This document shows, piece after piece, positions 38,948-47,935 of a DNA stretch of 60,040 bases. The DNA comes from Phycisphaerae bacterium (GTDB taxonomy: Bacteria; Planctomycetota; Phycisphaerae; WQYP01), in NCBI GenBank assembly GCA_038248985.1, contig JBBRWV010000004.1, positions 1 through 60,040 of the forward strand, read 5' to 3'. A program made the position numbers and the translations under genes. Numbering within the stretch: position 1 is the stretch's first letter; each line of letters starts with the position of its first letter. The notes under the pieces were generated by a model, which was not told where the DNA came from, ran no database searches, and saw only the letters and a program-made list of their open reading frames with translations.

Positions 38948-39979
38948 TCAATGCGTGGACAGCCACTCCTCCGCATAGCGCGCCAGCAACTTGTCCTCCC
39001 GCCGCTCCAATGCGCTCGCCAGCTTCCTGCGAAAAGGCTCATCGCTCTTCCGCGGATGAAGAACCGCGACAACTTCGCGGGCCCGCGGATGCAGGTCATG
39101 TTCGATAAGCTCCAGTAGAAATTCCGTGGTACCGTCGATACGCAGTTCCACGATGGCCGTAAGCGCCGCCGTACGCTGCTCCGCCGTGAGGGCAGACTTA
39201 TACAGGCCCACCAACATGGCCAATGCCGCGGGATGGCGACATTCGGCTAGCGCCGATATCGCCACCTGTGCTGGGGGTGATTGCGGATCATCGAGAAACT
39301 GTGCCAGAAAACCCGCGTGCTTCTCCGCGTCCAACTGCAGCAACACCGCACAACATTCGCCCAGCACCACCGGCTCGTCATCCCCTGCCAGCAACTTGAG
39401 GCGAACCAGCGCCGGCGCATCATTGGACGCCACCGCCCCGGCGGCACGCACGGCACCCACCCGTGCCTGGCTGTCCGAATCCATCAATAACGATGCGATT
39501 TCCAGCATCGCATCCGGATAACCGCACTCCGCCAGCGCCACAATGCAGCGCCCCCGCAATTCCCCCGCCGTGTCCGACGACCCTCCCCACGAAGGCTCCT
39601 TCTGAACGTGATGGACGCCTCGCAAAAAGACTTCCGTCTCCCGTTCATCCAACGCCGTCAGCGCCGCCACAATCGCCGTCTTGGCGAGGCACCCTTTGTC
39701 CGTGCGCCCCGGATCCTTCATGAATCGATCAAACGCCGCAAGAAGTTGCTTTGCCTGCGAAACCCGCCGCGTTGACGCCACAATCTCCGCCCCCGCCGCG
39801 GCAACAATATTGTGCTTGCTCCCCAGCAGCTCACTCACTTCCACATCGGAAATCTCATGATCGCTACGCTGCTTGAGTTCCCGAAGATGGGCCAGTGCGG
39901 CTTCGAGCGACAATGGTTTGGCCATGGGCAATTCGCCAAGTTGAAGCAAAGCAATCACTGTCGATTCAGAACCAGGCAC
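38948..39979 (-). CDS. HEAT-like repeat protein
   Basis: 343 aa. All-helical Ala/Leu-rich repeats (e.g. DSDSQARVGAVRAAGAV..PALVRLKLL, ISALAECRHPAALAMLVGL). GTG directly abuts the glgB stop (TAGGTG); alternative ATG at 39925. Confidence 0.5.
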   Translation of the reverse strand: MPGSESTVIALLQLGELPMAKPLSLEAALAHLRELKQRSDHEISDVEVSELLGSKHNIVAAAGAEIVASTRRVSQAKQLLAAFDRFMKDPGRTDKGCLAKTAIVAALTALDERETEVFLRGVHHVQKEPSWGGSSDTAGELRGRCIVALAECGYPDAMLEIASLLMDSDSQARVGAVRAAGAVASNDAPALVRLKLLAGDDEPVVLGECCAVLLQLDAEKHAGFLAQFLDDPQSPPAQVAISALAECRHPAALAMLVGLYKSALTAEQRTAALTAIVELRIDGTTEFLLELIEHDLHPRAREVVAVLHPRKSDEPFRRKLASALERREDKLLARYAEEWLSTH

Positions 39980-42055
39980 CTAAACCGGCGCCAATACCTG
40001 TGCCGTTCTGCATGGCAAGTAAAGCTGAATCGACTGGTCGCGTGAGTACATCGGCACGTCCTGCCGCGGGTAAACCGTATGCTCGGGCACCAGCCCCAAC
40101 CCGTCAAACTGCGGACCATCCGTATTGAGAATGACGCGGTAATCTTTCGGATCGGGAATCGGAATACGCAAACCGACATACGATTCTGTAGGATGAAAAT
40201 TGAACACGAACACCAGCGGTCCCCGCCGAAAAATAAGCTGCTTGGTGTCCTCGTGGCAGGCCAGTTGCTCGATAAACGGGTCGGGCAGAATGCGGAAATT
40301 TTCGTCGAGCATTTGCATCGCCCGATCAAAATTATTGAGGCCCACATACTTGAGCAGGTCATCGTCGACCAGCGACCATTGCCGACGCGCATGCTGGTAC
40401 GACCAGTTGTTGCCGATCCGCGGAAAGTCGATCCATTCCGGATGCCCGAACTCGTTGCCCATGAAATTGAGATAGCCTTCTCCGCCGAGTGCGAAGGTAA
40501 TGAGGCGAATCATTTTGTGCAGCGCAATCCCGCGATCCACGATGAGGTTCTTCTGGAGCTTGCTCATGGAAAAATACATTTCCTTGTCCATGAGCCAGAA
40601 GGCGAGCGTCTTATCCCCCACCAGCGCCTGGTCATGAGATTCCGCATAGCCGATGTGCTTTTCGTGGGCGCGGCGGTTGAGCAGCGTCTGGTAGATTTCG
40701 CTGAGTTTCCATTGATCGTCAGTCTTTTCCTTCAGTGTCTTGATCCAGTAATCGGGGATGCCCATCGCCAGTCGATAGTCAAAACCCAGCCCGCCTTCGG
40801 CAACCGGGCGTGCTGTGCCGACCATGCCCGACATGTCTTCGGCAATGGTGATGGCCGAAGGCTTGAGCGTGTGCGCCAGTTCATTCGCCAGTTGCAGATA
40901 GGCCAGGGCGTCGCCATCCGTATTCAGCGAAAAGTAATCGTCGTAGCTGCCGAAAGTCTTCCCCAGCCCGTGATCCAGGTAAAGCATCGACGTTACGCCG
41001 TCAAAGCGAAAGCCGTCAAAATTGTATTCTTCAATCCAGTAACGAACGTTGCTTAATAGGAAGCGCTGCACTTCATACTTCGAGTAGTCGAAGCACTTGG
41101 AATCCCACGCAACATGATCGCCGCGCGGCGGGGCATGGAAATACTGGTGGGCGGTTCCATCAAAATTATTGATCCCCTCGGCCACGTTCTTGACGGCGTG
41201 GGAATGTACCAGGTCCATGATCACCTGCAGCCCCAGCGAGTGCGCCGTGTCGATCAGTTCCTTCAAATCTTCCGGCGTGCCGAATCGCGATGACACCGCG
41301 AAAAAATTCGCGACGTGATATCCGAAAGATCCGTAATAAGGATGCTCCTGGATCGCCATCAGTTGGATCGCGTTGTAATGCAGCGACGCAATGCGCGGCA
41401 GAATGTTCTGCGTGAACTCCTTGAACGTGCCCACCTTGGATTCTTCCTGCGCCATGCCCACGTGCGCCTCGTAGATTCGCAGGCCGCCCGAACGTGCGCC
41501 ATCCGCATACGAAGGCAGTGGAAATCGAAAAACATGCCGCGCGGGTGGATTCCAGTAGATGCCCACGAAGTTGGGAGAATCGGGCGGTTCCTGAACAATC
41601 CGGCGAATATATGCCGGAAGGTGATCGGCCGTGACGCCATCAGCGCCGGTGATGAGCGTCTTGATGCGCGAACCGTGAATGAGTGTCTGTTCAAATTGTG
41701 CGTCCGGCAGGAAGACAGACCATGTGCCGAAGGTATCGCGGTTCATTTCACCGGGACCGGGATCGCGCGACCAGCCGTTGAAATCGCCGATGAGTTTGAG
41801 ACGGCGGGCACCGGGTGCCCATTCGCGATACCACACGCCCGTTTCCCCATTGTTCTCGCCGCGGTTGAAACCGAAGTAGCGGTGTCCTTGCGAAATATCG
41901 CCGAGCAAGCCGCCGTGGGCGTCGAAGGTGGAACGGATGTGTTGGTAGTGTAGGTAGCGATTGCGCAGTTGCTGGGCATAGGGTTCGAGCCAGGGATCGA
42001 GCGCAATCAGCGCGGTGCCGTCATTTCGCGTAGGTGATTGGGAATCAGTGGTCAT
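39980..42055 (-). CDS. glgB: 1,4-alpha-glucan branching enzyme (GH13, eukaryote-like type)
   Basis: GH13 regions DLVHSHA, NFDGFRFDGVTSMLY, TIAEDMSG, YAESHDQALVGDK. ATG at 42055 (MTTDSQ...). Confidence 0.9.
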   Translation of the reverse strand: MTTDSQSPTRNDGTALIALDPWLEPYAQQLRNRYLHYQHIRSTFDAHGGLLGDISQGHRYFGFNRGENNGETGVWYREWAPGARRLKLIGDFNGWSRDPGPGEMNRDTFGTWSVFLPDAQFEQTLIHGSRIKTLITGADGVTADHLPAYIRRIVQEPPDSPNFVGIYWNPPARHVFRFPLPSYADGARSGGLRIYEAHVGMAQEESKVGTFKEFTQNILPRIASLHYNAIQLMAIQEHPYYGSFGYHVANFFAVSSRFGTPEDLKELIDTAHSLGLQVIMDLVHSHAVKNVAEGINNFDGTAHQYFHAPPRGDHVAWDSKCFDYSKYEVQRFLLSNVRYWIEEYNFDGFRFDGVTSMLYLDHGLGKTFGSYDDYFSLNTDGDALAYLQLANELAHTLKPSAITIAEDMSGMVGTARPVAEGGLGFDYRLAMGIPDYWIKTLKEKTDDQWKLSEIYQTLLNRRAHEKHIGYAESHDQALVGDKTLAFWLMDKEMYFSMSKLQKNLIVDRGIALHKMIRLITFALGGEGYLNFMGNEFGHPEWIDFPRIGNNWSYQHARRQWSLVDDDLLKYVGLNNFDRAMQMLDENFRILPDPFIEQLACHEDTKQLIFRRGPLVFVFNFHPTESYVGLRIPIPDPKDYRVILNTDGPQFDGLGLVPEHTVYPRQDVPMYSRDQSIQLYLPCRTAQVLAPV

Positions 42056-42136
42056 GAATCGCTCCACATGCAACGTCGCGGTCAATTGTCCTCGCATTGC
42101 GCGGAGAGGACAAGGTGGAATTGTCAGATTGGACGA

Positions 42137-42811
42137 TTAAAGACCGCCACTCCACTCATTGGCGACAGGAGATGCGGAGGTTAATGAAGGGCCATCTCGA
42201 TCGGTGGAGACGGGCGGCATACGAACCGGGTAGGCGTGAACCATGGTGGGCCGAGATTTACGAAAGAATCGTTTGTAAGCACGCCAGAGGATCCATACGA
42301 ATGCTCCCATGACAAAGATGACCAGGAGGGGCACGAGCACGGCGATCAGGGAAATGATGGTGCTGATGAAATCTTCGATCATGCTGACCACCGGTGCGCC
42401 GATGCCGAACGTGGCCAGATTGATGACGGGGCGAGCGGTGGCCTTGACCGCGTGAACGCCGCCGGAGGTCACCAGGCCCAGCGTGACCCAAACGGCCTGA
42501 TGAGCCTGATCGATCACGCCGGCTTGCGAGGCGAAGAGGATGGCGCCGGCGGTGGGACGGATAAAGGTCTGGACGATGTCGTTGATGTGGTCGGCGCCGG
42601 GGATTTTGTCGACGATGATTTCGACGATGCAGAGGATGATCATCAGGATGAGAAACCAAGGGCTGCTCATCGTGTTCTGATAGGGTTCGGCGAGGTGAAG
42701 CGTGCCGGTGCGGGTGAGGATGCTGACGACGAGGAGGGGAATATAGGCGTTGAGTCCGGCGGCGCTGGAGAGTCCGAAGGCGGAGGAGAGATTGACGAGG
42801 GCATCGATCAT
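42137..42811 (-). CDS. DUF4126-family membrane protein
   Basis: AFGLSSAAGLNAYIPLLVVSIL..IVEIIVDKIPGADHINDIVQTFIRPTAGAI matches the DUF4126 pattern. Confidence 0.7.
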   Translation of the reverse strand: MIDALVNLSSAFGLSSAAGLNAYIPLLVVSILTRTGTLHLAEPYQNTMSSPWFLILMIILCIVEIIVDKIPGADHINDIVQTFIRPTAGAILFASQAGVIDQAHQAVWVTLGLVTSGGVHAVKATARPVINLATFGIGAPVVSMIEDFISTIISLIAVLVPLLVIFVMGAFVWILWRAYKRFFRKSRPTMVHAYPVRMPPVSTDRDGPSLTSASPVANEWSGGL

Positions 42812-42883
42812 TTCAGCGGTGAATTATCGAGGGAACCGGGGGAATTATCAATTCCAAAGTGCGAATTCCGCGTCGCAGAGGGT

Positions 42884-43825
42884 TCAGGGGTCGGCAAAGA
42901 TCGTGTACGAACCACCGTTTTCCTGTTTGGACTGCGCGGCGGTAGGAATCGAACCGTTGGTAGCGCGGGGGAAATCCGTGTACTTGATTCCCTCGGCGTG
43001 GCCATCGGCGAAGGCTACGTTGGCCAAGGTGCCGCCGTTGTGGCGGTAGCCAATACGGCTGTCTTGAACCAGGGTGGCATTTCCCGTGCCATCGAGGGAG
43101 CCGTTGAGTCGGCCGGCGCCCTGCTTGCCGGCGTACACACCATCGGCAATTGCAATCATTGCTTGCGGGCGGATGAAGTTGGTCCAGCGGGTGGGGGCGA
43201 TGACCGCTTGGGCAGTGCCTTTGTAGCCGACCGATGCGGTGTAGTAGGGATTCGGGAGCGTGGCCTTGTTATCCTGACCAATCGGGTTGTCGGAGTTGAT
43301 CCAATAGGAGACGCGGATGTTTTTGGTGAAGCCGCGAGCGGGGAGGAGAGTCGGGGTGCTGACGGCGTTACTGACGCGGATGCTGGGCCAGTCGAAGTAG
43401 CCGCGGGGTTTATCGGGATTGGTGCCGGTTTGGCCGCCGGCCATGCCTTCGATTTTCAGGGTGTTGGGGCAGTAGAAGATGTTGTTGAAGGATTCTCCCT
43501 GGCCGGAGACGGCGCCGTCGCGGTCGAGGATGGGACCCCAGCCGTCGAGGGGATCGGTGGGTCCGCCGGTGAAGTTGTCGGCGGCGGCGGGAGCGCCCAT
43601 GTTGTAGGAGGGGACGACGTAGCCATCGTTGTCGGTGTGATAGATGACGAGTCCGGTGCCGATGCCTTTGAGGTTGGCGAGGCACTTGGTGGTTTTGGCG
43701 CGCTCGCGTGCAAGGCCGAGGGTGGGGAGGAGGATGGCGACGAGGAGGGCGATGATGCCGACGACGACGAGGAGTTCGATGAGGGTGAAGGCGCGGGAGG
43801 AGTTGGGGAGGGGTGGAGTGTTCAT
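42884..43825 (-). CDS. prepilin-type N-terminal cleavage/methylation domain protein, DUF1559-like (Planctomycete-type pseudopilin)
   Basis: [25 protein letters not shown]-terminus. C-terminal [15 protein letters not shown], an H-x(9-11)-DG-like motif. Confidence 0.85.
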   Translation of the reverse strand: MNTPPLPNSSRAFTLIELLVVVGIIALLVAILLPTLGLARERAKTTKCLANLKGIGTGLVIYHTDNDGYVVPSYNMGAPAAADNFTGGPTDPLDGWGPILDRDGAVSGQGESFNNIFYCPNTLKIEGMAGGQTGTNPDKPRGYFDWPSIRVSNAVSTPTLLPARGFTKNIRVSYWINSDNPIGQDNKATLPNPYYTASVGYKGTAQAVIAPTRWTNFIRPQAMIAIADGVYAGKQGAGRLNGSLDGTGNATLVQDSRIGYRHNGGTLANVAFADGHAEGIKYTDFPRATNGSIPTAAQSKQENGGSYTIFADP

Positions 43826-43865
43826 AAGCGTTTCCTTGCTTATTCCTAATTTTCTAGGCTTTGAT

Positions 43866-43894
43866 ATATAAGCATAGTTGCCGCTCGGTGTAAA
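43866..43894 (-). promoter_or_regulatory. sigma70-like promoter candidate for the DUF1559 gene
   Basis: On the - strand, TTTACA-17 nt-TTATAT in an AT-rich gap, then AAGGAA 7-8 nt before the ATG at 43825. The promoter consensus for this lineage is not established. Confidence 0.3.
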
Positions 43895-43931
43895 GGTCTT
43901 TCTGGAAATTTATACGGCCCCCCTACCGGTT

Positions 43932-44954
43932 TCATTGGCCGAGGTCTTTTTCGCTGACGAAGCGGTATTTGCCGCCGTTGTCGTGGGCGATTTTTGCCAG
44001 GTTTTTAGCCGCTTCCGGGGAGATGTTGACGTAGGCGATGGTGCTGATTTTGACGGAGTGATCTTGGTTGAGTTTGGCCACGACGTCGACGAGTGCGGGA
44101 TCAAAATTGCCATCGGTCAAGAAATAGATGACTGTGGGTTTCATGGCGAAGGCTTTTTCGAAGCCCCTTTGGAAGGGGATGAGCATATCGTCATTGCGGC
44201 CTTGGGCACGGAGGGCATCAATCCGGGCGGACATATCCAACTTTGTTTTTTTGTAAGCATTGAGCAGCTTCTCATCTCCCAGCGTTTGGGCACTCTCGGA
44301 GAACATGACGATATTGAACTTCTGAATGGGCGCAAATTTTTCGATACGATTCTTCAGTTCAGTACGCAGGAAATCAAAGGTGTCCATCATGGAGCCGGAG
44401 TGGTCGAGGAGAAAGACGACGGACTCGTGGTTTAATTTGCCGAAGATGGGCCCGCTGCCAATCTGATGCGAACCATAGATGGCGAGGCTTCCCGGGTCGC
44501 CGAGGCCGGGGCCGTGGCCGAGGCCCGTAGATCCGCCGATGCCGGTGGTGATGAAAGCGCTGTTGCGTGATGCCAGATCTCCGGCACCGGCGGAACTGTT
44601 GAGGAGGCTGGCGGCGGTGCCGCGGGTATCGACACCTGTCGTGGTGTTGGGGATGAGCGACTGGCGGGCTTCGACGTATTTTTCCTGAAAATTGAGCGAG
44701 GGACGATCAGCCGGGCCGGCGAGTTGACTGTTGGTGTCCCAGAGATCGCCGAAGGAGGCCGGTGGTGTGGTGGGCGTGGTGGTGGGAGTGGCCACGGCAT
44801 AGAGGAGGAAGGCGGCGACGAGGCCGACACCGGCGTGCATAAGGAAGGAGGTCAGCCAGGGCATCGCGACATCGGCGGTGTGGTGGAGGGGTGCCGAGTC
44901 GGCATCGATAGAGAGTTGCGCAGCTGGGCCTACGGGAGTCATGTGCGGGGTCAT
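43932..44954 (-). CDS. membrane-anchored von Willebrand factor A (VWA) domain protein
   Basis: One N-terminal TM (WLTSFLMHAGVGLVAAFLLYAV), a Thr/Pro/Gly-rich linker, and the MIDAS motif DHSGS in VVFLLDHSGSMMDTF. Confidence 0.8.
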   Translation of the reverse strand: MTPHMTPVGPAAQLSIDADSAPLHHTADVAMPWLTSFLMHAGVGLVAAFLLYAVATPTTTPTTPPASFGDLWDTNSQLAGPADRPSLNFQEKYVEARQSLIPNTTTGVDTRGTAASLLNSSAGAGDLASRNSAFITTGIGGSTGLGHGPGLGDPGSLAIYGSHQIGSGPIFGKLNHESVVFLLDHSGSMMDTFDFLRTELKNRIEKFAPIQKFNIVMFSESAQTLGDEKLLNAYKKTKLDMSARIDALRAQGRNDDMLIPFQRGFEKAFAMKPTVIYFLTDGNFDPALVDVVAKLNQDHSVKISTIAYVNISPEAAKNLAKIAHDNGGKYRFVSEKDLGQ

Positions 44955-45220
44955 GGCAGATCCTCCAAAGTCGTTCAGTGCGAAATGTTTGGTCCACGAG
45001 TGGGAATACTTAAAACAAGAGACATGCCACGGGGTGAGCGTGGCTTGGTGGAGGCCAGAATGGGGAAAACAGGGGGGAAATGGGGGGATTTGGTGGGATG
45101 GAGGGATTGTTGGGGTAGTGGACAGGGGAGGATTTTTGCCAGATGTGGCAAACGGGGGTGACGGGTACGCCAGCGATGGCAGGGCGGTATGGGATTTTCA
45201 AGGAGCGGGGGATGATGGCG

Positions 45221-45880
45221 CTAGGTTTCGAGTTTCACGGGGCCAAAGGGAATAGGGGCGGCGGGGGGTGATTGGGAGGAGGTGTTGGAGGAGGGAAGGG
45301 GCGGCGATTTGGGCTTGGGGGGAAAGCTCTTGAGGAATTCTTCGATGTAGGTGGCGAAGCGCGGGTATTCGGCGTTGGGGATGCTGGTGAAGTCAACGCG
45401 ATGCAGGCGACGGAGTTCGAGGACGACGTTGAGGTCGCGGCACATCGCATCCTGCTGTTCTTCGAGTTCGGTGGTCAATTCGAAAGGAGGCTTGGGAGGA
45501 AGCTGGGTGACGGGGTCCGCGGGTTGGGGGGCGGTGTTGGTGGGGATGCCAGCGATGTGGAGGAGGGTGGTGGCGGCGCGGCGTGCGACTTCGGGTTTTT
45601 CGGAAGTGTTGGAGAGGTGAATGAGTTGGGCAACGGCATGGGGCGCGTATTGCGCGGCGAGGAGACGGATTTGGACAGAGACGAGTTGGACCTTGAGACG
45701 AAGCATGTCGGCGGTGTCATGGTGCTGGAGGACATAGGCGACATCGTCAGTGGTACATTTGAGATCCTTGAGAAGGGTGTCGAGGTTGATGACGTGGGTT
45801 TCGAGATATTGGAGAAGTTGCTGGGAGGTGATGGGGGGTGGGCCGTCGGGCTGGAGGAGACGGAAGGGATTGGCTGGCAT
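45221..45880 (-). CDS. hypothetical protein with a Pro-rich C-terminus
   Basis: ATG at 45880 with AAAGGAA upstream. 219 aa (MPANPFRLLQPDGPPP...). No recognisable domain. The ORF-track extension to 46138 is Pro/Ser-rich translation of a C-rich spacer. Confidence 0.5.
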   Translation of the reverse strand: MPANPFRLLQPDGPPPITSQQLLQYLETHVINLDTLLKDLKCTTDDVAYVLQHHDTADMLRLKVQLVSVQIRLLAAQYAPHAVAQLIHLSNTSEKPEVARRAATTLLHIAGIPTNTAPQPADPVTQLPPKPPFELTTELEEQQDAMCRDLNVVLELRRLHRVDFTSIPNAEYPRFATYIEEFLKSFPPKPKSPPLPSSNTSSQSPPAAPIPFGPVKLET

Positions 45881-45907
45881 GGGAGTTCCTTTCGATAAGT
45901 TGCCTGG

Positions 45908-45939
45908 TTGATTGGTTGATTGGTTAAATAGTTGATTGG
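45908..45939. repeat. three copies of the octamer TTGATTGG (CCAATCAA on the - strand) just upstream of the 45880 start
   Basis: Copies at 45908-45915, 45916-45923 (tandem) and 45932-45939. Confidence 0.7.
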
Positions 45940-46384
45940 GACGGGGCGAGGTTTTTTCCATATTTGAGCCCTTCGTACCTGGGGCAAAAGACCATGTTTG
46001 TGCGCACAGGCGTGCGGGGGGTGGAGTTGTAAGTTGGGCGCTGGAGGAGGGTTGCGCGCGGGATTTGGGGGTGGATGAAGGGGACAGATGGCGCGCAGTG
46101 GGGGTTCGGTGGGGGGCGGTGGAGGGGGAGAGGTCCATTTTGCCGATAGGGAATGATGGGCGTATGCGGGCAAGAACGTGTAGTCGTGGGCGGGGATGTC
46201 CGTCGTGGGGTAGGAAGAATACCTAAAGCGAAGTGGTAGTTCCGCTACTGTGAGTCATGCCGACTATTCATACACTCGGTAGAGGCAATTTGGCCGTTCA
46301 TAGGGCGTAAGCCTTGAGACGGTGCTTGGACATGTCAACGGGACCGATTTACGATGCAACAAAGCATCATTTAAGGAAAGAAGC

Positions 46385-47590
46385 ATGGCTATTACTGTTG
46401 CAGTACCGAAAGAGAGTGTCGCGGGGGAGATGCGGGTGGCGTTGACACCGGCGGCGGCGGCGACGCTGATCAAGAGCAAATTGAACGTGGTGGTGGAGAC
46501 GGGGGCAGGGGTGGCGGCGGGGTTCAGCGATGCATCGTATGTAGAGAAGGGGGCGAAGGTTATGGCGCGGAACGAGGTATTCGCCGCGGCGGATATTTTG
46601 TTGGAAGTGCGGTGCAGCCTGGCGGGGGATGCGGATTTCGGGATGATCAAACCCGGTGCCCTGATGATCGGGTTTTGCGATCCACTGGGGAATGCGGCGG
46701 GGATGGCGGAGTTGGCCCAGAAGGGGGTGACGGTGCTGTCGATGGAATTGATTCCGCGGATCACGCGGGCCCAGGCGATGGATGCGTTGTCGAGCCAGGC
46801 GAACATCGCGGGGTACAAGGCGGTGGTGATGGCCGCGGAAACGCTGCCGAAGATTTTTCCGATGTTGATGACGGCGGCGGGGACGCTGCAGGCGGCGCGG
46901 GTCTTTGTGATAGGTGTGGGGGTGGCGGGTTTGCAGGCGATTGCGACGGCCAAGCGATTGGGGGCGGTGGTGAGCGCGTTTGACGTGCGCGCCGCGGTGA
47001 AGGAGCAGGTGCAATCGGTGGGGGCGAAATTTATTGAGTTGCCGATGGAGGCGGATGGGGCGGACAAGGGAGGGTATGCCAAGGCGTTGACCCCCGAGCA
47101 GCAGAAAAAGCAGGCGGAGTTGATGGCCAAGGTGGTGGCGGAAAGCGATGTGGTGATCACGACGGCGGCGGTGCCCGGGAAGAAGGCACCGACGCTGATA
47201 CCGGCGAGCGCCGTGGAGAAGATGCAACCGGGGAGCGTCATTGTGGATCTGGCGGCAGAGCGTGGGGGGAACTGTGAGTTAACGGAGGTGGGCAAGACGG
47301 TGGTGAAGCATGGCGTCACGATCATTGGGCATACGAATGTGCCGGCCACGGTGCCGATGCATTCGAGCAGCATGTATGCGAACAACCTGGCGAAGTTGCT
47401 GGCGATCATGGTGAACAAGGAAGGGGTTTTGACGATTGACCAGGCGGACGAGGTGATCTCGGGGAGCCTGGTGTGTCAGGGCGGAGAGTTGGTGCATGGG
47501 AAGGTGCGGGAGCTGCTGGGATTGCCAGCGGTGGTGACTGGGGCGTCGGTCGGGAAAGTTGAAACAGGACTTGTCGGAGTGACACGATGA
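46385..47590 (+). CDS. pntAA: NAD(P) transhydrogenase subunit alpha, part 1
   Basis: MAITVAVPKESVAGEMRVALTP..VFVIGVGVAGLQAIATAKRLGA. ATG at 46385. Confidence 0.92.
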   Translation: MAITVAVPKESVAGEMRVALTPAAAATLIKSKLNVVVETGAGVAAGFSDASYVEKGAKVMARNEVFAAADILLEVRCSLAGDADFGMIKPGALMIGFCDPLGNAAGMAELAQKGVTVLSMELIPRITRAQAMDALSSQANIAGYKAVVMAAETLPKIFPMLMTAAGTLQAARVFVIGVGVAGLQAIATAKRLGAVVSAFDVRAAVKEQVQSVGAKFIELPMEADGADKGGYAKALTPEQQKKQAELMAKVVAESDVVITTAAVPGKKAPTLIPASAVEKMQPGSVIVDLAAERGGNCELTEVGKTVVKHGVTIIGHTNVPATVPMHSSSMYANNLAKLLAIMVNKEGVLTIDQADEVISGSLVCQGGELVHGKVRELLGLPAVVTGASVGKVETGLVGVTR

Positions 47591-47886
47591 ATCTGGAATT
47601 TGCGAACAATTTATACGTTTTCGTGCTGGCCGCATTCTTGGGGCTGGAAGTCATCAAGCGGGTCAGTCCGATGCTGCATACACCGCTGATGTCGCTGACG
47701 AACGCGATATCGGCGATCAGCGTGGTGGCGGCGATTCAAATTGCGGGGGAAGGCAAGAGCACGCTGGCGACGATATTGGGCACGGTGGCGGTGGCGACAG
47801 CGTTCACGAACATCATCGGCGGCTTCATGATCACGGATCGGATGCTGAAGATGTTCAAGAAACGAGAAGTGCCCGGTAAGCATTAA
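47587..47886 (+). CDS. pntAB: NAD(P) transhydrogenase subunit alpha, part 2 (membrane)
   Basis: 99 aa with ATGA overlap to pntAA. VFVLAAFLGLEVIKRVSPMLHTPLMSLTNAISAI. Confidence 0.9.
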   Translation: MNLEFANNLYVFVLAAFLGLEVIKRVSPMLHTPLMSLTNAISAISVVAAIQIAGEGKSTLATILGTVAVATAFTNIIGGFMITDRMLKMFKKREVPGKH

Positions 47887-47935
47887 GCATCTTTGTCGAC
47901 GGTGATTATTTTTCCTTTCCTTAATACGGTGTCTC

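Noticed and set aside
42236-43849. 537-aa + strand ORF spanning the DUF4126 and DUF1559 genes
   Set aside because: It is antisense to two well-supported - strand genes and crosses their intergenic gap. The low-complexity Gly/Asp/Ala/Glu translation is a shadow ORF.
45881-46138. ORF-track N-terminal extension (86 aa, Pro/Ser/Thr-rich) of the 45221..45880 gene, and the overlapping 232-aa ORF 45475..46173
   Set aside because: They translate the C-rich strand of the G-tract spacer. A good RBS plus ATG exists at 45880. The extension contains the CCAATCAA repeats and has no protein-like features.
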